Below are positions 12,661 to 24,830 of a stretch of 64,000 nt of DNA, one piece after another. The position numbers and the translations under genes are program-made. Where the stretch lies: positions 9,858,001 through 9,922,000 of the forward strand of contig JANJGN010000004.1 of assembly GCA_026770705.1 (NCBI GenBank), in the 5' to 3' direction. Every line of letters starts with the position of its first letter. The stretch's first letter is position 1. Origin of the DNA: Isurus oxyrinchus. Taxonomy: Eukaryota. Below the pieces are notes generated by a model that saw nothing but the letters and a program-made list of their open reading frames with translations, did no database searches and had not been told where the DNA came from.

Positions 12661-13614
12661 AGGGGTACCAATGACACAATGGAGATTTTGAAAAAATATG
12701 TTGTGCCTTCAGAAAGTTCTTTTTCCACTTGCATTACCTCAGGATCCAGGACCTCTGCATAAATGCATCAACAAAAATATTCCCTCATGGTGCAGAGCAA
12801 AACAGACTGCCACTGAATATGAGAACTGGTGAGCCCATTAGTGAACCATATTGTTGCTAGAATTATTTGAAAAGAAGCCTAAGATTTGTTTTAGACAGGT
12901 TTCTGATTTATTTTCTGACCTGAGCTATTTTAAATGAGAAATTACTATTGATCTTATTTGCAGGGGAATGAATAGTATTCTTGAGTAATATTTCATTATT
13001 CACTATTCTAATATAGGCTTTAACCTGTTTCACAGCCAACACTGAAATAACCGACGAAGTAATGTTCTGTAAAGGTGTTGACTGTTCATCCGTTGATATC
13101 ACTAAATTAATGTTTAACTTATTATTTCCTATTATGAACCTTATTGTTGAGGTAAAAAAATAAAATAACTAGTAATTTTTTTCTGGTAGCTTCAGAGGTG
13201 CTATCTTAATTAAATTTTGTTTGTCAAATGGGAACAGGGAGAAAATCTAGAAGGGTTATGTGTCATTCTAATCACGACAATGCATTATACTGATTGATAT
13301 ATTGAAGTGATTCTGTAAACATTTCCTGCATGAAGGCACTTCTCCATGATCATCAGTAAAACATGTACCCTAACACCAACAAAACAGAATTAGAGCCAAA
13401 AGATGATAAAAGCACAAAAAGTAGAAAGGGTCAAAACTATGTGGCCAAAATTTTCACCCACTAAAATGGGTGGGTTGGGGTCAATGAGATGATAAAACTT
13501 CCAAAATTTTAAAAGTGATCTCAGCCTGCTAATTTCCAGGTTTAACAAAAGCCAGTCATGGGGTCGCCAGTCAACTCAATCCCAGGAGGCAGATTGACCA
13601 ATTAACATTTCAAG

Positions 13615-13965
13615 AACACAAGAAATAGGAGCTGGAATCAAACATACAGCGCCTCAAGCCTGCTCCAGCATTCAATACGATCATAGCTGATCCTGGGCTT
13701 CAATTCCATTTTCCGGCCTGCTCCCCCTATCCCTCGATTCCCTGAGAGACCAAAAGTCTGTCTATCCCAGCCTTAAACGTATCCGATGATGGAGCACCCA
13801 CAAACCACTGGGATCGAGGATTCGGAAGATTCACAACCCTTTGAGTGAAGTAATTTCACCTCATCTCATTCCTAAATATTCAGCCCCTTATCCTGAGACT
13901 GTGGCCCAGTGTTTTAGATTCCCCAACCAACAGAAACAATCTCTCAGCTTCTATCCCATCAAACC
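13615..13965 (-). mobile_element. CR1 LINE 3' end (family A-like)
   Basis: Homologous to 1850-2180 (aatagga..gcctgctcc..attcaat..gatcat; ttcacaaccctttgagtgaagtaattt). Confidence 0.8.
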
Positions 13966-13999
13966 AATTTGTAGCAAGCTCCCTCCAGTTGTGAATGTC

Positions 14000-14640
14000 A
14001 ATGCTGCTACTTCAAGGAGAGCTGCAGAGTGTCTTTGAAGCATTTTCTTTGTCTTCACTGGTCATCTGAGAGTTGAAAACAGGACCTGGCAGGGGAGACT
14101 GTTTATTGCCATCCGGGCACAGTGTCCAATACGTCGTAGTTGATTTTGCAGAAGTTTTGCCTGGATTCTTGTGGAGCTGGCTCCAAAAAGGACACTAGCA
14201 TTTGTTCAACAGCCTTCTCACTGAATCTGGAGTTTGAGATGGAAGCATTGCTAATGGAATTTCTCCAGCGCTTTTATGTGCCACTGATACACATTCCAAG
14301 TCTCAGCGCAGTACAGGAGTATGGTGAGGAGAACTGCTCTGTAGGACTTCTGTTGACTTGTGGAGGTCTTTGTTGTCACTGCCTTAGTTTGTAGAAGACT
14401 CAGCTGGTGCAGCTAATCCAGTATTGGATCTCTTCATCAATGGTGGCCTTTGGAGAGGTGGCTACCAAGGTATGGGTAACTTATTCCAGAGTCGCTCCTT
14501 CCAGAGAAGATCCATCTCCTGGAATGCCTTGAAATTAGAAGATCCATGTCACAGATGTTCCACCCTCCCAATGTTGCATGTGGTGTTCCAGGGTTCAGTC
14601 ACTGGAGGTCTCCATCCTCCCTTCCAATCTCTGTGAGCTG
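14000..14640 (-). mobile_element. RTE-clade LINE RT C-terminal fragment
   Basis: Minus-strand YPYLGSHLS, TIDEEIQYWI, YRAVLLTILLYCAETWNVY, KALEKFH, typical of RTE/BovB-like RTs. Confidence 0.75.
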
Positions 14641-15944
14641 TCCCAGACTTTCTTGCAGGTAACATTTGCACGTCACGTTGGTCCAGACGCATTCTAGACT
14701 GGTGTGAAAACCCGCTGGCAGCGTAGATGATTCAACGGGGGAGGGGGGGGGTGGCGGTGGGTGTGGGGGGGGGTGGGTGGGTAACAACTCTGGTCAAGCC
14801 TTCATCGGAATCCCATTAATGGGATACAAAATGGTTTCATGCCAGCTTTTGGCGGGAATGGTGACCCATCATCATTCTTCTGCTGCATTGTTCCCACACA
14901 CCATTAAACCACTGTAGGGGGTGGTCTGGAAAATTCTGCCCACTGTCTTCCAGATGGGGAATCCATCGAAGCATAATGATCCATGCTGTCGAGTCAGAGC
15001 TCCATAGCATATGGCAAAATGGAACTTCACCAGAAATTCCACTTCGTCTCCCCCACCCCCATCCACTCAGCCTAGACCATCAAGATTCAGCCCTTTATTT
15101 CTCATCTTCTGTCCTGGATTGAAATCTCATCTAGGCTGATGCAGTTTGAGCTCTCTGACATCTCTTGAGACTCCCAAGTGACATGGAGAGTTTACAAAGA
15201 CTTCCACCAGAAAAGCTGCTCCACTGTGTAGAAATAATGAAATAAAACTACTGATCTCATTTATTTTAAGAACTTAGAATTAAAGGTCCTGAATTGTCAA
15301 TATAATTACCGTAGCCATCCATTAATTCTGCAGATTTGAGGGCACATGGAAAAAAATCAGTGGTTTTATTTGTGTTTTACTCAGTACATGTAAAATTATT
15401 TAAGTCATTAAAATTTTACTAAAAGCAGCATAAATATGTTAAATACTTAATGTGAGACATTACCTTGGTGGGAGCAGATGTTCTGAAATGCTGTTTAATA
15501 CATCAGTAATATTTCACAAAACTCTGGTTACACCTCTGTTAAGGAGCATGACTAACATCCTTTTAAATTCTGCACTGTATACTGAGTAGATACATTGGTG
15601 CGCCATGAGATTGCTATCATCTCATCAATAGATAGCTAGTCAACCAGATGAGCAGCCTATCTCATTATCCAGCAGATTACCTTGTAATATGCACACAATT
15701 CTGCCCCAAGGCCTCCTTTTATCTTTCTTTCTATACTACGAGATATTTGACCAATACTTTGCCAATGCTACCATCGGTCAGAATTAAAGTGCTTGTGAAG
15801 TTAAAAATAGATCCTCCGCTTGCTGCTGTCAATTCACATACACCAATTGATCCATTGATAGCGATGATTTTGAGCATGAAAATTCCATTAAGATATGCAA
15901 AATGCCGACACTTGCCTGAGTACATTTTTACCCTTTGGCACATG

Positions 15945-16300
15945 TAACCAAGGGACAATGGAGGAATGGCAAAACCTGTCCAAGTGAGAAGGGTGTGTAA
16001 TGGGAGAAGAACTTGAATGCAATGATGAGCCACAACATTGCTGCTCCTGTTCTTCTAAGTGGTAGAGACTGCAAGGTAGGGAGGTGCTGTTGAAGTAACC
16101 TTGGTGAATTGCCACAGTGCATCTTGTATATCATACATTCTGTAGCCACAGTTCACCAGTGGCAGAGGGCGTGAATATTGAATCAAGTGGCAGGGGTACC
16201 AACCAAGCAAGTTGCTCTGTCCTGGATGATGGTAAGCATTGTTACAGCAGCCCCCGCCCAAGTAAATGGTGAGTCTTCTATTACAATCCTGACTTGTAGA
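15945..16300 (-). mobile_element. CR1-clade LINE family B 3' fragment
   Basis: CMIYKMHCGNSPRLLQQHLP is homologous to 21650-21730. Confidence 0.8.
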
Positions 16301-16584
16301 GAATGGAATGTCTTTGAACAGCCTGGAGGTGAGCCATTCAGCACAGCCATTCATCAGGGTAGCGAAAGGGCTGTAGAACTTTGGGCCTATTTTACGCAGA
16401 CTTCCAGAAAGATTTTCATGAACTTCCACATGAAGGGCAGCAACAGGAGATTAAAATTGGCCGAAAGGGAGGAAGCAGCAAATACGGTTACAGGAATGAA
16501 GTTGAGCTTAAAGATCTACTGAATGGAGTGCCTTGGAATCAGTGTTTGAGTTTCTGTTGTTACTGTGCTACCTAGATTCAGAAA

Positions 16585-16860
16585 TACAAAAAAAAATTTA
16601 AACACAAAATGCTGGAAATACCCGACAAGTCAGGCAGCACCTGTGAAAAAGATTCAATGTCTCGGAAGAATATAGGAATATGGGTAAACTCCCGAGCCTG
16701 CTCTGCCTGAGATCATAACTGATCTGTGATCTATTACCATATACCCAGTTTTGCCCCATATCCCTTAGTATTTTTGGTTAACAAAACTTCAGTAATTCCA
16801 GATTTAAAATTAACTATTGACCTAGCATAAATCGTTGTTTGTGGGAAAGAGTTCCAAACA
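16585..16860 (-). mobile_element. Penelope-like short repeat fragment followed by a CR1 3'-end fragment
   Basis: aaatgctggaaatacccgacaagtcaggcagc is the reverse complement of 64-100; VWNSFPQ and the CR1-type tail follow. Confidence 0.55.
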
Positions 16861-18331
16861 TCCAACCCACCTCGCCAGGTCCCCCCACCAACTTGACCCC
16901 CCGCCCCCCCCACCACCGCCCCCCTCCCCCACCCACCCCCCCGCTCGGACTTTTTGAGGGTGCTGGCGCGGGGATGCAGATTTTGTCAATAGCATGCCAT
17001 TCCCGACAGTCTGCGCCACTTCCGCTCTCTTGATTTTTGCCATTTCCCATGTGATGACAGTTAAAATTGAAAATGCCGGCAGCATGCTGGGGAGGCACAT
17101 GTGATGCTTTCGGTGATGAAACCCGCTGTCAGTTGGCAATGCTGCAGCTACACGTGGGCTGTTAAAGAGCCTCCGGGTCAAATAAGGAGGCTTTGGATCA
17201 CAGCCAAAAGTTTCTTGCCCAACCCCATTGCCATTAACATATGACTTGAGAGCACAAAGGTGGCATGGGTGTCCTTCAAAAATAAATTTTACTTGTAAAT
17301 ATTTCATTTTACACCTTTATTCATGCGTGTATCCTTATTATTTGTTGAGACGAACTTAGCCAAATTTTACTGGCACATCTCATGGTTGGCACACATTGAT
17401 GGTTACAGGGGTGTTAGGGACGTTTCATTTATTGTGGAAATTGTTCTTTTGTTTACTTTTTATTGAATGTTCATGTTAGTGTTCAGTGTTGTATTCATCA
17501 CTCTGTGGAACATAGCTGAATTTGCAGGCTTAGTTTGCCATCCCTGCTATGCTTTGTAAAGGATATTGTCTGACATCACTCTCAGCGGGGATAATTGAAA
17601 TGTTGTAAATGAACTCAAAGCTCTGTAAGGACTCTGCCAGCTAACACTTGAGATGGACACACATGTGGACAATACTGACACTGCCCTTTAGGCCACTCTT
17701 TTTTTACCTTGACTGCTTGACTGATCCCACCACAACCAGGACGCCAGACCCTTCCCACTTCACTCCTCCATGCCCTGACCCCACTTTTTGTCCCACCCGG
17801 ATCCCTCTTCCATGCCCCCAACGCAACTCCACATCCACCCTTCCACCACCCTTCTTCTCACTACTGACCCACCCATACCACACTGGAGCCTCCATGCCAG
17901 CTGCCATTCATCTGTTCCCCCCACTTGTGCCGCAGAGTTAAACAAAGAAAACAGCTCACCTTAAACAACTGCACAGACTACATCTTCAGTACTGGGTTTA
18001 GTTTCAGTCACTGAGACACAATCCCTAATGACTGGAAGTGGTGCAAGAGTCTGTTCCTAATTTCAGAGGACTTATTCTAGAGAAAGGCTGGAAAAACTTT
18101 GGAGTCCCAATTTTAACTCGGGGGTGGTTATAGATGACGAATGATGCTGAAACTGGCAGCATGAGAACCAGACAATTTTAATGCCTGAACATCACCTGCA
18201 TACTCCTGTCAGTTGCCCATTTGAAATGATGGGAAGCAGCAGCTGGCTGCCAGGTGGGAGCAGAACGTTTGGCAGTCAGAGGCTTCCAAAGTAATGACTG
18301 CCAGAATACAGATAAATTTCAGGGAGGGGGA

Positions 18332-19625
18332 CAGGAACATATGAACTAAGGAGCAGGAGTAGGCCATTCCACCCTTCAGGCCTGCTCTGCCACAAGGTAA
18401 GATCGTGGCTGATCTGGTCGTGGTCAGAACTCTGCTTTCCTGTCTGCCCCGCCATAACCCTTGACTGCCAATTGTCTCTCAAAAATCTATCTAACTCAGC
18501 CTTGAATAAATGTGATGACCCAGCTTCTGCTGCTTTCTGGAGAAGAGAATTCCACAGACTAACTGAGAGAGAAAAAAATCTCCTCTTCGCACTCTTAAAA
18601 GGGAGACCTCTCATTCTTAAACTGTGTCCCTTAGTTCTAGTCTCCCCCACAAGAGGAAACATCCTTCTGATATTTACCCTCTCAAGTCCCCTCAGGATCA
18701 TAGCTATTTCAATAAAATTGCCCCTTATTCTTCTAAACTCCAATGGGTATAGGCACAATCCATTCAAACTTTCATCATAAGATCAGCCCTTCATCTCAGG
18801 ATTGAGTCAAGTGAGCCTCCTTTGAATTGCTTTTAAAGCAATTAAATCCTTTTCTTAAATAAGGAGACCAGATTTGTACACAGTATTCCAGATGTGGTCT
18901 CACCAAGACCCTGTACAGCTACAGTAAAACTTCCCCACTTTTATATTCCATCCCCTTTGCCATAAACACCAACATTCTATTTGCCTCCTGAATCACTTAC
19001 TGTATCTGTATACTAACTTTTTTGTGATTCATGTACCAGGACCCATAATTCCCCTGTAACACCAGGGTAGAAGACATCACAGTGGGCCTCTACAGCATCC
19101 AAAAGGTGCTCATGGGATGCGTCACTAAATAATCTTCTTGCCTTTTGGGGCCATAGCTTCTCTGCAGCAGTCCTAAGTTGGAAGCACTGAGAGGTGTGTA
19201 CGTGGCTGCATTTTAACTGTGGCGCTCAGCATGCTGAAGCGGTGTGGTGACGGTGTGGTGGGTGAATCAGAGATTGCCCGCCATGGAAATGGTACGTTTC
19301 CTGGGAATGCATGGTTAATGGGATGGGATTGGGATGATACAGCGTGAAAAGCTGCTATTGCAGCCGGCAGGAAAAACGTCCTATTTCCTGCCCGCAGCCA
19401 CACTTAGTGCAAATCTGGGACGATTCCGCCACACGTGTTCTTATGTTGTGCAGTAATTTTTGTGGTACATTATCAAATGCCTTTTTGAAATCCAAGTACG
19501 CCACATCTACAGGTTCACCTTCTTCCACCTTGGTACTTCCTCAAAGAAATCTAATAAATTAGTTAAATACAATTTCCCTTTCACAAAACCATGTTGACTC
19601 TGCCTGATCCCGTTATGGTTTTCTA
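18332..19625 (-). mobile_element. CR1 LINE (family A) 3' region, interrupted at ~19070-19420 by a GC-rich insertion
   Basis: LYPLEFRRIRGNFIE, FPLVGETRTKGHSLRMRG, SLWNSLLQKA; RT segment at 19430-19620 homologous to 2950-3150. Confidence 0.85.
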
Positions 19626-19626
19626 A

Positions 19627-22005
19627 TGGCTTGGTGGCCCACTACAGACCAAGCTGGCTGAGTCCTAAATGACATAGCTGCGAATCTGGGTCTGCGGCAG
19701 GTAGTGAGGGAACCAACAAGTTGGAAAAACATACTTGACCTCATCCTCACCAACCTGCCTGCCGTGGATGCATCTGTCCATGACAGTAATCAGTAGGAGT
19801 GACCACCGCACAGTCCTTGTGGATTTGAAGTCCAATCTCCACATTGAGGATATCCCTCCATTGTGTTGTGTGGTACTACCACTGTGCTAAATAGAATAGA
19901 TTTAGAACAGATCTAGCAACTCAAGACTGGGCATCCATGAGGTGCTGTGGGCCAACAGCAGCAGCAGAATAGTACTTGAACACAATCTGTAACCTAATAG
20001 CCCAGCATCTCCCCCATCCTACCATTACCATCAAACCAGGGGATTAACCCTGGTTCAATGAAGAGTGCAGGAGGGCATGCCAGGAGCAGCATCAGGGATA
20101 CCTAAAAATGAGGTGTCAACTTGGTGAAACTACTATTTGTGTGCCAAACAGCATAAGCAGCAAACGATAGACAGAGCTAAGTGATTCCACTACCAAAAGA
20201 TCAGGTCCAAGATCTGCAGTCCTGTGATATCCAGTTGTGATTGTTGGTTGACAACTAAACAACTCACTGAAGGAGGAGGTCCACAAATATTCCCATCTTC
20301 AATGATGGAGGAGCCCAGCATGTCAGTGCAAATGATAAGGCTGAAGCATTTGCAACAATCTTCAGCCAGAGGTGCCGAGTGGATGTTTCACCTTGGCATC
20401 CTCCAGAGGTCTCCAGCATTACAGATGCAAGTCTTCAGCCAATTCAATTCACTCCACATGATGTCAAGAAATGGCTGAAGGCACTGGATACTGCAAAGGC
20501 TACGGGCCCTGACAATATTCTGACAATAGTACTGAAGACTTGTGCTCCAGAACTTACTGCGCCCCTAGCCAAGCTGTTCCAGTACTGCTACAACACAGGC
20601 ATCTACCCAGCAATGTGGAAAATTGCCCAGGTATGTCCTGTACACAAAAAGCAGGACCAATCCAACCCAACCAATTACCACCCCACCGGTCTGCTCTCGA
20701 TCATCGGTAAAATAATGGAAGAGGTCATCAACAGTGCTGTCAAGCAGCTCTTGCTTAGCAATAACCTGTTCTCTGATGCCCAGTTTGGGTTCTGCCAGGG
20801 TCAACCAGATTCTGACCTCATTAAAACGTTGGTTCAAATGTGGACAAAAGAGCTGAACTCCTGAGGTGAGGTGAGAGTGACTGCCCTTGACATCAAGGCA
20901 GCATTTCAGCAAGTGTGGCATCAAGGTGCCCTAGCAAAACTGGGTGAAACCCTTTGCTGGTTGGATCATACCTACCAAAAAGGAAGATGGTTGTGGTTGT
21001 TAGTGGTCAATCATCTCAGCTCCAGGACATCACTGCAGGAGTTCCTCAGGGTAGTGTCCTAGGCCCAACCATCTTCAGCTGCTTCATCAATGACCTTCCT
21101 TCCATTATAAGTTCAGAAGTGGGGATGTTCGCTGATGATTGCACAGTGTTCAGCACGATTTGCGACACCACAAATATTGAAGCAGTCCATGTCCAAATGC
21201 AGCAAGACCTGGAAAATATCCAGGCTTGGGCTGACAAATGACAAGTAACATTCACGCCAGGCAATGACCATCTCCAACAAGAGAGAATTTAACCATTGCC
21301 CCTTGACGCTCAATGAAATTACCATCGCTGATCCACCACTATCAACATCCTGGGGGTTACCTTTGACCAGAAACTGAACTGGACTAACCATATAAATAGT
21401 GTGACTACAAGAGGAGGTCAGAGGTTAGGAATCCTGCAGCGAGTAACTCACCTCCTGATTCCCCAAAACCTGTCCACCATCTACAAGGCACAAACAGGGA
21501 GTGTGATGGAATACAATCCCCTTGCCTGGATGAGTGCAGCTCCAACAACACTCAAGCTTGGCACTATCCTGGGAAAATCAGCCTGCTTGATTGGCACTAC
21601 ATCCACAAACAATCACTCCCTCCACTACCGATGAACTGTGGCAGCACAATGTACTATATACAAGATTCGCTGCAGGAACTCACTAAGGCTCCTTAGACAG
21701 CACCTTCCAAACCCACAACTGCTACCATCTAGAAAGACAAGGGCAGCAGATACATGGGAACACCACCACCTGGAAGTTCCCCTCTAAACCACTCACCATC
21801 CTGACTTGGAAACATATTTCAATTTTTTCATTGTTAAGGGTCAAAATCCTGGAACTCCCTTCCTAACAGCACTGTGCAGGTACCTGTACCACATGGACTG
21901 CAGCGGTTCAAGAAGGCAGCTCAGCACCACCTTCTCAAGGGCAACTAGGGATGGGCAATAAATGCTGGCCCTGCCAGCAAAACCCACATCCCATAAAAGA
22001 ATATA
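19627..22005 (+). mobile_element. CR1-clade LINE family B, long 5'-truncated copy (EN C-terminus, RT, 3' tail)
   Basis: [67 protein letters not shown]; tail gggcaactagggatgggcaataaatgctggcc...cacatcccat; stops and frameshifts. Confidence 0.93.
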
Positions 22006-22649
22006 CAAAATCTTCTGACCTAACACCAACCTTTGCAGATTTGCGCAGTTTTTCTTTTAATTTGTTACTATCCTTAACTTTTGGGAGAAACCTGTGACAG
22101 GGGAAACTGAAACTTTCCTTTTGGGCCCAAGAGGAGCATAAGATAAGTTTTTCGAAAATAAAATCTACCCTGACTCTTCCTCTAGCTCGGTTTACTGGTA
22201 GGGAATTTACAGTGGCTTCCATCAGAGCACTGATTGAAATGACAATAGGACACATATCACTTAAGATGTAGTATGACTCGATCAAAAGCAATGTACATTA
22301 GCAGCAGCATTGCTGATTCCTGTGTCACCCTGTTAAATACTGAACCCGGCCCCTAGATCTCTTTCAGCCCCTCCTCAATTTAACACCATTCATTAAACGT
22401 TCTCTTATACTTCCTCCCAATGTGTCAAAATTTGCGCTGATCTGTTTTGAATTTCACGTGGGGTAATTTTTTGACTAACGTCATTCACACCTGATCAACA
22501 TATTTTAAAGAAAGATTCCCCCACCCATTTTCCAGTAGGCAGTCTTCCCACTCGCTCAGAGATGGTGGGAAGGGGGCAGAGTGTCAGTGGGAAAGTCACT
22601 GAAGTGATTTTCACTATCTGCGTACCTGGTTTCTACTGGGCAGACTGGA

Positions 22650-22840
22650 TCACCGTTGTCTGGTGCAATCTCCATGGCAATGTCTGTACTAATCAGGGTC
22701 CATTTGTCAACCAATCAGCATTCTCTTCTCATACAGCATAAATTGTTGTTCCCTTTACAGGTGGTATTCTTGTGAATTGTCCTGATGAGTGCAAGATGAA
22801 AAGCTTCTACAAGAATGTCTCTTTTTTTCAACAATACTCA
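22650..22840 (+). mobile_element. Penelope-like element terminal repeat (solo pLTR)
   Basis: Homologous to 37085-37270: tctccatggc..ccaatcagcatt..cataaattgtt..cctgatgagtgcaaga(c/t)gaaa..tgtctctttttttca(a/g)caatac. Confidence 0.75.
22777..22812 (+). ncRNA. Minimal type I hammerhead ribozyme motif
   Basis: TTGTC-CTGATGA-GTGCAAGAT-GAAA-AGCT-TC-TACAA: conserved core, palindromic stem III (AAGCTT), UC cleavage site, stem I TTGT/ACAA with a mismatch at the first pair. Confidence 0.7.
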
Positions 22841-23314
22841 AGTTCCATGCTGCCAATTAACTATTACCATTGTCCTTTGGACTCTACAGCATTAAGAATA
22901 GACATGAGAGGGAACCACTATGAAGATATATTAAATACAAAGTGGAGTAGAAAACACAAGTCCAGAGCACTTTATCAAATCAATGAGGACTATAGGACAA
23001 AAAGACATAATTCTGAAGGGGGTTTTAAGACACTGTATTTATGACTGTTATATTGAAAGTTTAGCATTTTAAAAGTATCTAAGTTAAATGTTCAATTTGT
23101 AGCCATCAGGCTTGCATGGGGCAAAGTTCTGTAGGAGCCTATTTCATGTTAATAACTGATAACTGATTCCTGGGGAGAGATTTTATTTGGGTGAATTTCT
23201 GTTCTACCTCCCTCCATTGATAGCTTGATTTGAAAAATTAATACAAACATAGATATGCATAAGGGAGATTTCTCTATGCACAGTTATTGTATTTGAACTG
23301 CTCTGGAGGCTGAA

Positions 23315-23420
23315 AAAAAGACTTGCATTTATATAACGTCTTTCATAACCACAGATGTCTCAAAGCACTTCACAGCCAATGAAGCAATTTTGATGTGGAG
23401 TCACTTCCGTAGCGTAAGAA
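23315..23420 (-). mobile_element. SINE/L2-type 3' tail fragment
   Basis: gacttgcatttatataacgtctttcat..tctcaaagcacttcacagccaatgaag resembles the L2-derived tail of Deu-type SINEs. Confidence 0.55.
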
Positions 23421-23529
23421 ATACTACATAGAAAACCGGAGTCTGCAGTATGCAAAATACCTTGTTTCATAGAAGACCTAGTTACAGAAACTTGAAATCC
23501 TAAGGCAAAGTGCACTGTAGTGAAAAGCA

Positions 23530-24830
23530 GTGGGGGCACTTTATGGAGGTTTTGGGGTGTCTCAGCTGACAACTGGATAGCCAGTGAGGGAGCCACACTG
23601 CCTCTTCTGGGAAAGGAAGACCCGTGGTAATACATACCAGTCGAGAGTTGAGAGGTCACTGGCAGGCCTTCCACAGGATCAGGACCGTGGGGGCAAAAAG
23701 TACCACCCACCAAGAGCTGCCAGCCAATCTGAGGCCAGCAGTCCTTTTGCTCAGCAATGTCACCAGGAAGGCCCAGGATGGTAGAGCCACCCAGGCCAGA
23801 GGTAATTGCTGGTGGGAGAGGTTTAGCAAGTTGGGGATTGGGGAGGGGTGCGATGTAAGGGGGGGTCACCAGCAGGGGCAGGGTCATGGCTCTCAGCAGC
23901 AGTCCACCTCTCCCTAACTTTCTGATGCCTTAACTGGTGGCAGAGCGGGAAGAACGTCCATGGGCCTTCCGGCCATGGACACAATCAAGGTGGAGGGAAT
24001 GTGTTGGGGTCCCCACCAGATTCATTTCATCCCTTTCCCTCCCATTGTGTCTAAAGAAAATCTGTCCTGCTTGTAGTAGTAAGTGTAATGCATGTGGCAG
24101 ATTGAACCATTTCTTGGCCAAATTTCCAAAGTGTGGATGAAACCACTGATGACTCACCTGAAGATCAGATCCTCACACATGGGGCTGGATTTAACAGATG
24201 CCGTAGCCTCTGGTTGCCACCTGCAACCCCCCACCACCCCCAACATCCCAGCTAAGAAATCAAGGGGAGGCCACGCATGATCCTGATGGCTGCCCTGTAG
24301 CCATTTAACCCTGGGAGCAATGTTAAATAATTGGAGGTGGGACTTCCACCCCTCTCTTGGGAGGAAATCCCACCTTAGAGAGCTGCTGGCCACTTGGATG
24401 ACCAGCAGCTCTGTAGTCCCAGCAGCATTACCAGGGGCAGTGGCTACTTCTGAGGCTACAGGCAGTCCCACCAGGCCATACAGCCCGGGTAAGTCTTGGG
24501 TCTCCCTGGTGCCAGGTTCGCAGGCCCTCATGAAGAGCTTGGCGGGGTGGTGGCAGGGGCAAGATTCGAGAGGCCAGGGAGAGGGTTAAAGAGGGGGTCT
24601 GATATTGTGGCCACCTCCAATGGGCCTCGGGGCCTCCCATAAGCTGACACCAGCCTGGCTTGGGCCTCCCCGGGAGGGGAGGGTGGGGGCTGGGAGGGTG
24701 TGGTTTGGGGTGGGGTAGATATTCAAGGCGGTGGGATGAAATCCTTAAGTGACCATTAATTGGTCACCTAAGGGCTTCAGTGGGCCCAACGGCTGCCAGG
24801 TATCCAATGGCTGCCCTGTTAAATTGTACG
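23530..24830. mobile_element. Two adjacent non-autonomous Harbinger-type elements
   Basis: First ends aaaatctgtcc (~24067); second starts gggctggattt (24182); shared internal block (tcccacc..gagagctgc..gccaatc..gcag) also at 33940 and 52425. Confidence 0.55.

Noticed and set aside
15648-16033. Possible exon (100-aa ORFs on both strands)
   Set aside because: The minus-strand segment between the plausible acceptor and donor has stops in all three frames; part of the ORF lies in a LINE
23360-23887. 175-aa minus-strand ORF
   Set aside because: Spans GC-rich MITE and SINE-tail sequence; no recognisable domain; chance ORF
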